Virus record (IMG/VR): IMGVR_UViG_3300042868_009121
Span: 1-64,000 of that record
Length of the DNA stretch: 64,000 nt
Source: a virus
Reading direction: 5' to 3' (one strand)
Position numbers and translations under genes: made by a program. The notes below the pieces were generated by a model. That model was not told the origin of the DNA and did not search any database. It saw only the letters and a list, made by a program, of their open reading frames with translations. Of this stretch, positions 9,316 to 18,760 are shown piece by piece. Positions within the stretch are counted from its first letter, which is position 1; every line of letters starts with the position of its first letter.

Positions 9316-9546
9316 TTACTCATATCCTTCTAACCCTCTTAGTCCGGAGTATTCACATATGTTTACTCCTGTTATTTGATATGCATCCCAAAGATTTTTC
9401 ATTGCTTCATCTATAAATTTTTTAATATCATCATTAGAAGCAGGATGATCATAACAATATTCATCTAAGTTACCCATAATGACACTTAATCTATCAGCTA
9501 ATTCTAGATAATGTCCAGAATTATGTTGCTTATAATTTTTTTCCAT
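9316..9546 (-). CDS. hypothetical protein
   Basis: ORF; C-terminal CEYSGL motif. Confidence 0.55.
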   Translation of the reverse strand: MEKNYKQHNSGHYLELADRLSVIMGNLDEYCYDHPASNDDIKKFIDEAMKNLWDAYQITGVNICEYSGLRGLEGYE

Positions 9547-9913
9547 AACTTTTTATTTTAATTCTTAATGGATAATACCATTCACGTTTTATAAAATTCA
9601 ATAACTTAAAATGTTCATTCACATCTCTTTCCCAATCCATAATATAAGTCATTAACTCACGCATCTCAGTCTCAGAAGGTTTCTTTGCTTTGAACTCTTC
9701 TGTATCAGCCCAATAGAATAATCGTATATCATCCCATATTCTACCCATGCCTTTATCTTGTAGTTCACCGTATGTAATTATATATGTAGGAAAGTCATGG
9801 ATCATAAACATTTGTTTCCTCTTTTCTCTTTTAGTAGGAAACTTTATTCCTGATCTATAATCTTCATACCAATAAGTGTACCATCTGGAGGTGCCGAAGC
9901 GACTGTATGCCAT
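9530..9913 (-). CDS. hypothetical protein (MAYSRF-type N-terminus)
   Basis: ORF in packed run. Confidence 0.6.
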   Translation of the reverse strand: MAYSRFGTSRWYTYWYEDYRSGIKFPTKREKRKQMFMIHDFPTYIITYGELQDKGMGRIWDDIRLFYWADTEEFKAKKPSETEMRELMTYIMDWERDVNEHFKLLNFIKREWYYPLRIKIKSYGKKL

Positions 9914-9923
9914 AGTTATAGTA

Positions 9924-10142
9924 TTAAATTACTAGTAAGATATTTGAAGGTTGAGTGACAGATAAACCTATATTTCCACTAGAATATATTCTCATCCTCT
10001 CTACCCCATGAACACCAATCATTCTATCAGTATTATTAGTTGAGTTAATAACTAATTTCTGTGGTTCTGGTTCTATTTTAGGCAACGCAGTTGCTACTGC
10101 TGCCATTGTAAATAGCTTTAGAAAGTTCCTTCTATTATTCAT
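9924..10142 (-). CDS. small protein with twin-arginine signal-like N-terminus
   Basis: NRRNFLK plus hydrophobic stretch; ERMRIYSSGNIGL fibre-like motif. Confidence 0.5.
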   Translation of the reverse strand: MNNRRNFLKLFTMAAVATALPKIEPEPQKLVINSTNNTDRMIGVHGVERMRIYSSGNIGLSVTQPSNILLVI

Positions 10143-10488
10143 AACTCTTTATTTAATAGTTGAATACATTTTTATCTTTGACATTTTATTTACTTCTTCT
10201 ATTAACTTATTGATAGTTATTTTCCATTCTTGATATTCCTTCTTCTTTCTTTTATCAGGCATATCAGTAAACATTTCTTCTATACGATCTACTAGATCAA
10301 CTACGTTAGGCATTAACTTGTTTTTTATTTGTTAGAATTTCTTGACATGTTTTAAGTACATCTTTCCAATAAGACAAATACTTTGTTTCTGTATTGTCTT
10401 CTAATAAACTATTAACAACTTGAATACAATTCTCTCCATATCTTTCTACTAAGAAATTTGCTCTCTCTTTTACTGACATAGTTAATAA

Positions 10489-11229
10489 TCATTTTACAGA
10501 ATTAATACTTAGTTTACCATCTTCAATTATAAGATATTGTCCTGTTGTATCCATAGTATCTATGAAATAATATCTACCTCCTGTAAATTTATTACTATCT
10601 TCTAAATCTAATTTACGCATTTGAGTATGTCCTACAATTTGAATATAGTCTTTCTTTAATCCTTTAGGATGTTTCTTATTTGCAGACATTAAAGATCTAG
10701 GTCTAATCCATATAGGAGTTTGTGTAGTATTGTCGCCTGTGGCATCAAAACCATTGAAGTCAAATGCTCTAGGTTTGTATTTAAACATTTCATTTAGATC
10801 AACTACAACATTTTCAATACTCCAATCATTTTCACCAAATACTTGATCCATAAAAATAGGACTTACACCAGCATGAGTAAATAGATATTCACCAAAACCA
10901 TAAGCCATTTGCAAATTATATCTATTCTCATCTATGACTTGTGTAATTGATGGAGCAATTTTATTTTGATAACCACTAGTACCTGTATATCCTACTTCTG
11001 GAAAGTAATGATGATCATGATTACCAATTAACATTACCACTTCAACTTGGGGATTATCTTCTTTATACTTTATAATCTCTTTGAAGTTATTAATCTGCTC
11101 TACTCCACTAAACTCAAATGAGTCAAAGTAGTCACCAATAAATATAATTCTATCAATTGGTTCTTCTTGATAAATAGCTAGCTTCCAATTAGATCTTCCG
11201 TGAGTGTCTCCTAATACAACAGTTTTCAT
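10489..11229 (-). CDS. calcineurin-like metallophosphoesterase
   Basis: GDTHG, FIGDYFD, GNHD, THAG and GHT motifs. Confidence 0.9.
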   Translation of the reverse strand: MKTVVLGDTHGRSNWKLAIYQEEPIDRIIFIGDYFDSFEFSGVEQINNFKEIIKYKEDNPQVEVVMLIGNHDHHYFPEVGYTGTSGYQNKIAPSITQVIDENRYNLQMAYGFGEYLFTHAGVSPIFMDQVFGENDWSIENVVVDLNEMFKYKPRAFDFNGFDATGDNTTQTPIWIRPRSLMSANKKHPKGLKKDYIQIVGHTQMRKLDLEDSNKFTGGRYYFIDTMDTTGQYLIIEDGKLSINSVK

Positions 11230-11573
11230 TTCCACAACATTTGTATCAAAATTATAATTAATGCAAGAAATAAACAAATTGAAGTCTTTAGTGTTACACC
11301 TTCTTTAAATAAAAACCAAGTAAGTGCAATGAATACTATAACTCCAATTCCAAATCCTAATAGTCTTGAAGGCCAAGTTTCTCCATGAAATGCTAAGATA
11401 AAATTGTGGACACTTTTCATGAATGCCCAACTAATAGGAAGTCCAAGTAACATAAGAGCCCAACTATATTTCTCAGTCCAACCCCATTTAATACCGCCTT
11501 GTAGTTGAATAAAAGATAAGACTTGTCCTATGATACCATAAAGAACTCCGTAAACTAAATTTAACAAAACCAT
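11226..11573 (-). CDS. 4-TM SMR/DMT-like membrane protein
   Basis: Four hydrophobic helices; FLFKEGVT before the last helix. Confidence 0.55.
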   Translation of the reverse strand: MVLLNLVYGVLYGIIGQVLSFIQLQGGIKWGWTEKYSWALMLLGLPISWAFMKSVHNFILAFHGETWPSRLLGFGIGVIVFIALTWFLFKEGVTLKTSICLFLALIIILIQMLWK

Positions 11574-11584
11574 TTTATTTTATT

Positions 11585-11863
11585 TTATTCCTCTTCTGTA
11601 CTCATATACAATCCTGAAGACATATTACCGCCTTCTTCTGCGATGGCATCTTTATTGATTAATTCATTGATCTCTTTCTTAATCTCTTTTATAGCATCAA
11701 TATATTCCTTAAGTTTCTTTTGATCATCAGGAGAAAGTTTACTAACTCTCTCTTTCATACTCATAGTACCTTCAACAGGAATAGTTTCTTCTTGTGGCAT
11801 TGATTCATCTTCCATCAATGATAGAATTGCTTTGCTATACTTAACTGGATCTACGTAATTCAT
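11585..11863 (-). CDS. acidic coiled-coil protein, probably late
   Basis: Start MNYVDP; TATTTAT at 11877-11883. Confidence 0.55.
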   Translation of the reverse strand: MNYVDPVKYSKAILSLMEDESMPQEETIPVEGTMSMKERVSKLSPDDQKKLKEYIDAIKEIKKEINELINKDAIAEEGGNMSSGLYMSTEEE

Positions 11864-11873
11864 TTGATTCTTT

Positions 11874-12077
11874 CTAATAAATATTTGACATCTTAACAAG
11901 TTCTTTGGCAACCTTACTATCTTTAATGACATGAACTTCAAAGTCATTTTTAGATCCTGCTGCCACAATACCTGTATATCTCTCGGCAGTCGAATGCTTT
12001 ACACAAGAAGTAGAATATCCTAATGCTACGCGCTTTGGGTGGATCTCAGTTCCACACACTTTACAATATTTTTTCAT
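11874..12077 (-). CDS. TraR/DksA-type zinc finger protein
   Basis: YCKVCGTEIHPKRVALGYSTSCVKH matches the CxxCGxxIxxxR..CxxC/H pattern. Confidence 0.6.
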   Translation of the reverse strand: MKKYCKVCGTEIHPKRVALGYSTSCVKHSTAERYTGIVAAGSKNDFEVHVIKDSKVAKELVKMSNIY

Positions 12078-12343
12078 AACTCTTGAATTTGTTTTAATAG
12101 TTCTGTAACTTCTTCAGGTGTCAAATGTCCTCTAACATCTCCATTAGCTACTGGATTGTCGTAATGCAGCTTTCCATTTTCATCTAATACAGCAAGCTCA
12201 TAGAGACCTTCTTTTCCTCCATAACTAAAGTTGTGTCTAACTATGCTGGCTCCGTATCCATTGCCAAATTGAATTCTACACTGCACTCCATTATAGAATA
12301 GATCTTTCATTTCTATAAATTCTAAGTCTTTAAATGTCTTCAT
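12074..12343 (-). CDS. conserved phage hypothetical protein
   Basis: FxNGYGASIV..SYGGKEGLYELAVL motif common in phages. Confidence 0.7.
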   Translation of the reverse strand: MKTFKDLEFIEMKDLFYNGVQCRIQFGNGYGASIVRHNFSYGGKEGLYELAVLDENGKLHYDNPVANGDVRGHLTPEEVTELLKQIQEL

Positions 12344-12353
12344 GTTTTTATTT

Positions 12354-12809
12354 TTACCAACTTGATGAATAATAATAAGCTCCTTCAGGATCTAATAAAG
12401 CTTCGTCTATTATTTTTACGGTTTCATGTAGATCATCAAAATAATATTCATCATATTCAGTACCACCAAAAAAACAACCACTAGTAGTAGGAAGTAGTTC
12501 AGGAGCTTTATTACCGTCTTCAATTACTTGAAGGCAAAGATCTTTAAGTTCTTGAAGTTTATTTGGAAATACAAAATACTCTCCACAATCATCATGTCCT
12601 TTTTGAATATTATCTACGAACCATTTATGAATAGCATTTGCTTTACGCCAATATCCTATTTCTTCAATTATATATTTAACGCGACTACTTTTAATTGTAG
12701 GATGATCTTTGCCGCCTTTAGTAACAGAGACCTGATCTCTATACTCTTCTTTAAAAAAATCACCTTGAGATATATAAAGTTTTTTATACATGTACATGTC
12801 TAATCCCAT
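12354..12809 (-). CDS. conserved phage hypothetical protein
   Basis: MGLDMY..YWRKANAIHKWF..LLPTxSGxFFG..YYxSSW family pattern. Confidence 0.75.
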   Translation of the reverse strand: MGLDMYMYKKLYISQGDFFKEEYRDQVSVTKGGKDHPTIKSSRVKYIIEEIGYWRKANAIHKWFVDNIQKGHDDCGEYFVFPNKLQELKDLCLQVIEDGNKAPELLPTTSGCFFGGTEYDEYYFDDLHETVKIIDEALLDPEGAYYYSSSW

Positions 12810-12903
12810 AACCTTTAATTTTTTGATATAATATAAATGAACATTAGAATTAATCCTGTTAGTGCCAATAATGACTCGTCTTTTAAATACTTAACGTACT
12901 TCA

Positions 12904-13782
12904 TTATTCAGCATTTTCTTTTTTAGCATATTGTCTATTGTATCTATCGGTTGTATACCTACTATCACTTTCAGATCCACCATTCTGCCAATTAAATACA
13001 TCATCAATAAACTCATTAAATCTCTTAATTGTTATTGTAACTTCTTTATCTGATCGGCTATCATTAGAAAACTCTAACGTACATTTGTACTTGTTTAATT
13101 CTTTCACTTTGAAAGCATTTACATATATATAATCGTAGTTGCTTCTACCTATTTGCAATTTTATTTGGTGTTTCACATCTTCCAAAGTAACTTCACCAGT
13201 ATCATAATTTCTATTGATATACTTCTTGGTGTTTAGTTCACAAGAGAAACCAACTTTTTTGTATTGATTCTTTAATTCATTAGCAATATCATATTTTGTA
13301 TTACTAATAGTGGTACGCAATTCTGCACATTCTCTTTCCATTTTATTGGCTTCACGATATATCTCTAAGAATGCTGGATTCCATTCGTGCTTGAATTTGT
13401 TTTCTATCTCTTGAAACTTAGCAGCTACAGCTCCAAATATCTGTACATCGGCTAGAACAAATCCGTCTTTTGCCGTAGCTCTAGAACTATACCAACTAAA
13501 TTCAGCATACTTAGATCTATTTTCACTTCTATAGTCATGCATTAGAGAAATGCTACATGAATTCCAGCGTGCATGCTCTTCAAATTTCATGATCTCAATC
13601 CTGTCACTAGTAGCTACTATTTTTTGAATTAAATTAGATACATTTTCTTGGAACCAAGATAAGATGACGGCATTTTGTGCTTCATACGCTGGCTTGACTA
13701 CGTCATTTTCGTAGACTTCTGTTTCTGATTCTTTTGTCTTGAGCTGTGCTTCGAGAGCTGAGAGGATAATTTGCTTATTCAT
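12904..13782 (-). CDS. hypothetical early protein behind promoter cassette 3
   Basis: 292-aa ORF directly downstream of the cassette. Confidence 0.7.
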   Translation of the reverse strand: MNKQIILSALEAQLKTKESETEVYENDVVKPAYEAQNAVILSWFQENVSNLIQKIVATSDRIEIMKFEEHARWNSCSISLMHDYRSENRSKYAEFSWYSSRATAKDGFVLADVQIFGAVAAKFQEIENKFKHEWNPAFLEIYREANKMERECAELRTTISNTKYDIANELKNQYKKVGFSCELNTKKYINRNYDTGEVTLEDVKHQIKLQIGRSNYDYIYVNAFKVKELNKYKCTLEFSNDSRSDKEVTITIKRFNEFIDDVFNWQNGGSESDSRYTTDRYNRQYAKKENAE

Positions 13783-13794
13783 AACCTTTATTTG

Positions 13795-13937
13795 TTTGAT
13801 ACATAGTAAAATTAAGACATTCCGTCGAAATAAAAAAATTTATTTTGATCTTTTTTGAAAATTCTCGATTGAAAATCAATTAGTTATAAGTGATTGATTA
13901 TCAATAAGTTATAAGTGATTGGAAATCAATCAGTTAT
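13795..13937 (-). promoter_or_regulatory. repeated promoter cassette copy 3
   Basis: WATCAANNNNTTR at 13874, 13899, 13924; shared core. Confidence 0.75.
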
Positions 13938-14247
13938 GAGAAGTGTACTTTAGGATTAGTTGGTCTATGATCTGTTTGTCTGATTGATCAAATGACTTTT
14001 TATTTTGAACCTTTTTTACGTAGTCAATATGCTTTTCAACTACTTCTAATTTAATTGCATAATTTAAATGCTTACCTTTATTTTCATTAGCAAATTTATA
14101 TTCGTGAGTAAGGATCTCTTTTAGTGTCTGTATTTTTCTAATATAATTATTTTCAACTTCTTTCTTATCGAAATGTTCTTTAGCTTCCATTGCTTTAACT
14201 AACTTATCTCCCAATTTGCCTAAAGAATATTTCTTGTAATCCATCAC
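13930..14247 (-). CDS. hypothetical protein
   Basis: ATGA-coupled to the upstream gene. Confidence 0.55.
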   Translation of the reverse strand: MMDYKKYSLGKLGDKLVKAMEAKEHFDKKEVENNYIRKIQTLKEILTHEYKFANENKGKHLNYAIKLEVVEKHIDYVKKVQNKKSFDQSDKQIIDQLILKYTSHN

Positions 14248-14534
14248 TCATTATTTTTAACCATGTACTTAAATATTGTTTTCTGTAATTCACGTAACGC
14301 TTCAGTATTATCTTTAATAAGTTCTGCTAATCTATCTCTTTCTTCTGCTATTAATCCCATCATCTCTTCTTGAAGTCTATCTACTTTTTCTTCAAGCATA
14401 TCATTTTTTTTAACAAGTCTTTGATATTGCATCCATGCAAAATAGCCAAGTAAAAAAGCAAGTATACCCAAAACCCCATATTGTAAAAAATACTCTTTTA
14501 TGTGTTCTGATTCTGTTACTTGAAGTATAGTCAT
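14244..14534 (-). CDS. single-TM coiled-coil protein, holin-like (BhlA-like architecture)
   Basis: LQYGVLGILAFLLGYFAW TM followed by coiled coil; TATTTAT at 14555-14561. Confidence 0.45.
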   Translation of the reverse strand: MTILQVTESEHIKEYFLQYGVLGILAFLLGYFAWMQYQRLVKKNDMLEEKVDRLQEEMMGLIAEERDRLAELIKDNTEALRELQKTIFKYMVKNNE

Positions 14535-14578
14535 TATATTAAATTAATATAACAATAAATATTAATAGTAAGGTTAAA

Positions 14579-14959
14579 CTACTTAGTGCCAAATAGTTCT
14601 TTTAAGCACTTTTTTGTATCTCTTTTAGCAATTTTTGATGCCTCAATTTCCATAGGATTTTTATGATCTGGTAGATACATTGCAAGTATCTGATAGTGTT
14701 TCATGTTTTGTTTGTAGTGTATATATTCGTGGATGATGCTATTCGCTAACTCATTTAAACTATCATTAGCAACTTTGTCTACAAATATAACAGCATCAAT
14801 CTCATCGTAATATGCTATACATCCTTCTGTATAGTAGTCTGGTTTCTTAAACTCTATTTCTGGAATTGGTCTATTGAATTTAGATTTACCATAAGTCTTT
14901 ATACACCAATCAAGGATTTGATTTACGTGTTTTCTTGTAGGCTTTATTGTTGAGTCCAT
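14579..14959 (-). CDS. HEXXH metallopeptidase-like protein
   Basis: IIHEYIHYKQ ... PMEIEA. Confidence 0.65.
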   Translation of the reverse strand: MDSTIKPTRKHVNQILDWCIKTYGKSKFNRPIPEIEFKKPDYYTEGCIAYYDEIDAVIFVDKVANDSLNELANSIIHEYIHYKQNMKHYQILAMYLPDHKNPMEIEASKIAKRDTKKCLKELFGTK

Positions 14960-14961
14960 AA

Positions 14962-15555
14962 CTATAAGTTTTCTTGTATGAATACTTTTTCTATTCTTTT
15001 AGGTGTTATTGAATAATCAGCTTTAAAATACCTTGGCATCTTCTCTATGATCTTTTGGTTACTGTATGGGCTATTGTTTGGAGTGGCCCACTTTCTTGTA
15101 GCCAATAATCTATTATAGAAATAGATATATGCATTAGCCTTTTTTATATAGCTATCTATGTCTACATCTAGACCAAACTTTTTAATAATTCTTACAGACC
15201 TTTTTTCATTATCCAATTCTAACTCTCTAGATACTGCCAAATGTTTCTTTATATTAGGAACCTCTTCACCTTCTAACCAAGCATCTACAAGAGGCATACT
15301 TGTCATACACTTCTTCCAAATATCTATCTGCTCTACCCATTGAGTGAGGTGAGAAAATTCATGTGCAAGGATCTCTATCCAATCCTTTCTATTCATTGAA
15401 CAAACAAGAGCCGGAGTATCTTCATCAAAATATCCTGAGCACTTTATATTTCCTGATAATCTGACATATCTAGTTTTCCTCAAGTCACACTTGACTCCAT
15501 ACTTTTTACATTCAGACTTTACGTATTTGACGAACTCTTTTTCCTTCTTGTTCAT
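14962..15555 (-). CDS. HEXXH metallopeptidase-like protein
   Basis: LAHEFSHLTQW ... ELELDNE. Confidence 0.65.
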   Translation of the reverse strand: MNKKEKEFVKYVKSECKKYGVKCDLRKTRYVRLSGNIKCSGYFDEDTPALVCSMNRKDWIEILAHEFSHLTQWVEQIDIWKKCMTSMPLVDAWLEGEEVPNIKKHLAVSRELELDNEKRSVRIIKKFGLDVDIDSYIKKANAYIYFYNRLLATRKWATPNNSPYSNQKIIEKMPRYFKADYSITPKRIEKVFIQENL

Positions 15556-15573
15556 ATAGATAGGTTTTAGGTC

Positions 15574-15897
15574 CTATGATAAATATGAACTCTTTAAGTC
15601 CTCTATATGCTTACATGTTCTTTTATTTCCAGAAAATTTGTATGAGTGACAATTACACTCCCAGGTTTTTCCTTTGAGTGTCACTAGATACTTCTTACCT
15701 TTCGTACCTTCCATATCCCATTCAATATCTCTTTCAAATGCCGGATTCTTTCCACCTCTATGAGGCTTCTTGAACCACAGGATCTGATCTCTTGTGGTAC
15801 CTTGAGGCAAATCTCTTCTTCCATTATCATCTATTAGATAAGGACCTTTCTCGTCTATCCAAAAGAATGGAACTATAAAAGAGTGCACAATTATCAT
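15574..15897 (-). CDS. SWIM zinc finger protein
   Basis: WECNC-x-CKH (CxC..CxH). Confidence 0.7.
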   Translation of the reverse strand: MIIVHSFIVPFFWIDEKGPYLIDDNGRRDLPQGTTRDQILWFKKPHRGGKNPAFERDIEWDMEGTKGKKYLVTLKGKTWECNCHSYKFSGNKRTCKHIEDLKSSYLS

Positions 15898-16115
15898 AGG
15901 AACTTAAATTTAACCAATTCTAGGATATTTTTAAAACTAAATTCTTCAGTCTGAGGAATTAGTTTAGTAAAGTCGTAGTGTTCATTTAAAGAGTGCTTCC
16001 TAGCTTTCTCTTTAGTAAGATCATAAGCACTTCCAAAATTAAATTCTTTTAGCCATTCATTATACTCTAAAGAATTCTTAGGTAGGATTGTTTTCTGTAC
16101 TCTTAATTTATTCAT
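15894..16115 (-). CDS. hypothetical protein
   Basis: ORF from MNKLRVQ. Confidence 0.45.
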   Translation of the reverse strand: MNKLRVQKTILPKNSLEYNEWLKEFNFGSAYDLTKEKARKHSLNEHYDFTKLIPQTEEFSFKNILELVKFKFL

Positions 16116-16119
16116 ACTA

Positions 16120-16482
16120 TTATTTTTTATAACCAAATGTTTTTGACATATCATATCCACGCAAATGATAATTGACTTCAACTACTGACTCTAAAAATGC
16201 CTCTGTAATTTGGCCAGTCAATCTATCTTCAATCATGGCATGTCCTGTGCCGTAACGATGATCAAGATCTATTGTATTAAAATATTCTTCGGCCTCTTCG
16301 TAAGTGTCAAAGACTTCTATTGTAGAATCTTCATCAGTATACCCTTCAATAAGTTCTTGATTATGGTCTCCAAATTCGTCAATAGTTGTAATATAAGGAC
16401 TTACCATTACAAAAAACTTATTAGGAAGTTGTCCGTCACCAACGATCTCTGATGCCAATGCTTTAATTTCTTTCTGAGTCAT
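16120..16482 (-). CDS. hypothetical acidic protein
   Basis: ORF. Confidence 0.6.
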   Translation of the reverse strand: MTQKEIKALASEIVGDGQLPNKFFVMVSPYITTIDEFGDHNQELIEGYTDEDSTIEVFDTYEEAEEYFNTIDLDHRYGTGHAMIEDRLTGQITEAFLESVVEVNYHLRGYDMSKTFGYKK

Positions 16483-16719
16483 AACTTTAATTTAAGTGGA
16501 TTGTTTGAATTTCTTTTGGAAAATGTGGATAAGTAACGATTGGAATTGTTAACGTCATAACTATTTATTTAATGAATAAAATTGGAATTGAAGGATCAGT
16601 TGGAGCTCCATACTTCTTGTCAAACTCTTCACGTGGAATGTATTCGATCTCATTATCGTCTATCCACAATACCTCTACAAAATAATCATTTACGCTTAAT
16701 ATTTTCATATCCTATTATT

Positions 16720-17064
16720 TTATAAATTTTGAGAATAAAATGCAGCATGCGCCATATCTTCATAGCTAAGCATATCGCTATCGCTTTCTAATGCTGAACC
16801 TCCATGCCACTTAGTCACGTATTCGTTCCAAGTCATACGACCTTCTTCATAAGCGATCTCATCCTTTTCTTGATTTAAAGGTGGAGCAAAAATGAAGTTC
16901 TTACTATCAATTACAAAATTGACTTGACAGTCCGGATGAACTTCTCTAAATACCTGGTGGTTAGCCTCGGCTGTTGCAAAATCACCTTGAACAGTTATCG
17001 TACTGTCAATGATTGTCTCTTTAGTAATGTAGTTAAAAACGAAGATCTTGATGTCCATATTCAT
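16720..17064 (-). CDS. hypothetical early protein behind promoter cassette 4
   Basis: MNM start in conserved leader. Confidence 0.6.
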   Translation of the reverse strand: MNMDIKIFVFNYITKETIIDSTITVQGDFATAEANHQVFREVHPDCQVNFVIDSKNFIFAPPLNQEKDEIAYEEGRMTWNEYVTKWHGGSALESDSDMLSYEDMAHAAFYSQNL

Positions 17065-17215
17065 TATTGATTTGATACATAGTAAAATTACGACATATTT
17101 TTGACATAAAAAAATCTTTTTAGTCTTTTTTTAAAAATTGTCGATTGGAAATCAATCAGTTATGCAAGTGATTGAAAATCAATAAGTTATAAAGTATTGG
17201 AAATCAATAGGTTAT
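17056..17215 (-). promoter_or_regulatory. repeated promoter cassette copy 4
   Basis: WATCAANNNNTTR at 17150, 17177, 17202; shared core. Confidence 0.75.
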
Positions 17216-17244
17216 ATATATAAAGAAACTACATATATAAATGA

Positions 17245-17997
17245 TTATCTTCTGATGTCTATAAATTCGGATCCATCGTCTTGATCCTTATAGTCTATGA
17301 TATCTTCGTCTTTGAATAATATATCTCCATCTCCTTCTAGTCCAAGCTTTTTCAAATGCTCATAATAAAAGTCATCAAGTTGATATAATTCTTGTACTTC
17401 TTCTTTTATTTCAGGACTATCAATAGAAACTGCTTCTACTCTTTGTAACATCTTATTTGAGAATGGATCTCCTACATAAAGAAAGTGGCAATTATAACAA
17501 AGCCATTGTAAATTTTCAAGTCTCCAATCACTCTTCTTTCCGTTTTTAAAACTAAGTAGTAGTGGAGCTTTCATGTCTGTTAATCTTTTCTCTGAGAACT
17601 TACACGATGAACATTGATATCCAAGTCTACCATCTTTCATTAAAGCTTCTTTAAGCTTTGCTATTCTCTTTGAATTAATAGGTTGACTCTCTTTAAGCAT
17701 TTCATCTAAGTCAACTTTCCATTTGGAACCTGCAAGGTTTTTAGGTACACCTCTACCAGGAATATTTTTATGTAGTTCGAATAAAGTCTTTCCTGTTTCT
17801 TGATCAATATAAGACTTAGCGTATTTCTTATATGTTATATCTGTAATACCAAGCCATCTAGCAGCTTCTTTATTACTACGACTATTTGCCATAGCTTCTC
17901 TAAGTTGCTCTTCTGTTAATTGAAGTCCCTTATTCCACCAAGTATCTGGTCTGGCTTCTTTAGCCATGTTTTCTTTTGTGAAGAAACCTTTAGGCAT
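17245..17997 (-). CDS. HTH + degenerate HNH/zinc-finger protein with acidic tail
   Basis: SNKEAARWLGITDITYKKY HTH; CSSC..LLLSFKNG..DWRLENLQWLCYNCH HNH scaffold lacking the usual H. Confidence 0.6.
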   Translation of the reverse strand: MPKGFFTKENMAKEARPDTWWNKGLQLTEEQLREAMANSRSNKEAARWLGITDITYKKYAKSYIDQETGKTLFELHKNIPGRGVPKNLAGSKWKVDLDEMLKESQPINSKRIAKLKEALMKDGRLGYQCSSCKFSEKRLTDMKAPLLLSFKNGKKSDWRLENLQWLCYNCHFLYVGDPFSNKMLQRVEAVSIDSPEIKEEVQELYQLDDFYYEHLKKLGLEGDGDILFKDEDIIDYKDQDDGSEFIDIRR

Positions 17998-18397
17998 CTA
18001 ATTTAGGATTTAGTTTGCACATTAAATGCCAAAGATCATACGGGTTTTCAAGTATTAATTCATCTTTGTCATTAATTATTATTGGATTTAATGTACCATC
18101 ACTATTTACTCTTTCATACAAATAGAAACTAATTACCTCAGTACATTGTTTACCAAAGTGCATATAGATAAGAGCATCTATAACAGTAAAAAACTTCTCA
18201 TCATAGTCTGCAAAGTCTAAGTTAAGATCTGCATACATAATGTTTTGTCTAACGTTTAATTCATCTAGACTATTCATCATGTTAAAAAACAATTCTCTTT
18301 TTTTATCTACTTCAGTCTTTTTCTTCCTTCTTATTACAGTCTTAGTTCCAATTATAGAGTCTACTCCTAATTGAATTTGTTTGAAATCATTCTCCAC
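17990..18397 (-). CDS. hypothetical protein
   Basis: ORF. Confidence 0.6.
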   Translation of the reverse strand: MENDFKQIQLGVDSIIGTKTVIRRKKKTEVDKKRELFFNMMNSLDELNVRQNIMYADLNLDFADYDEKFFTVIDALIYMHFGKQCTEVISFYLYERVNSDGTLNPIIINDKDELILENPYDLWHLMCKLNPKLDA

Positions 18398-18743
18398 TGG
18401 CTTTAGTTTTAGTTGTAAATTTTCTGGCCTTATTCTTATCTTGAATTGATTGAATCATATTTTTAATATGAGTACACATTTCGTAATTCTCTTCTTCAAC
18501 ATACCATAGTAAACAGGTTTCTAAAGCCTGAACCCAATGGTTTTTATGGATCTCTACATATTCATTAGTTTCATTTATCTCAAATAAACAAGCATAAATC
18601 TTCTTATTAACTATAGCATACTCTATAGAATTAGGTGTATGTATCTTTAATAAAGATTTAAGTATTTCAGATTGGGAAACGTCTTCTGCTGTAATGTGTT
18701 CAGGATTATCAAATAAAGCCCTGACAACTCTTCTTCTTACCAT
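18387..18743 (-). CDS. hypothetical protein with UVR-like C-terminal motif
   Basis: EEENYEMCTHIK. Confidence 0.5.
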   Translation of the reverse strand: MVRRRVVRALFDNPEHITAEDVSQSEILKSLLKIHTPNSIEYAIVNKKIYACLFEINETNEYVEIHKNHWVQALETCLLWYVEEENYEMCTHIKNMIQSIQDKNKARKFTTKTKASGE

Positions 18744-18760
18744 AACTAATTTATTTTATT

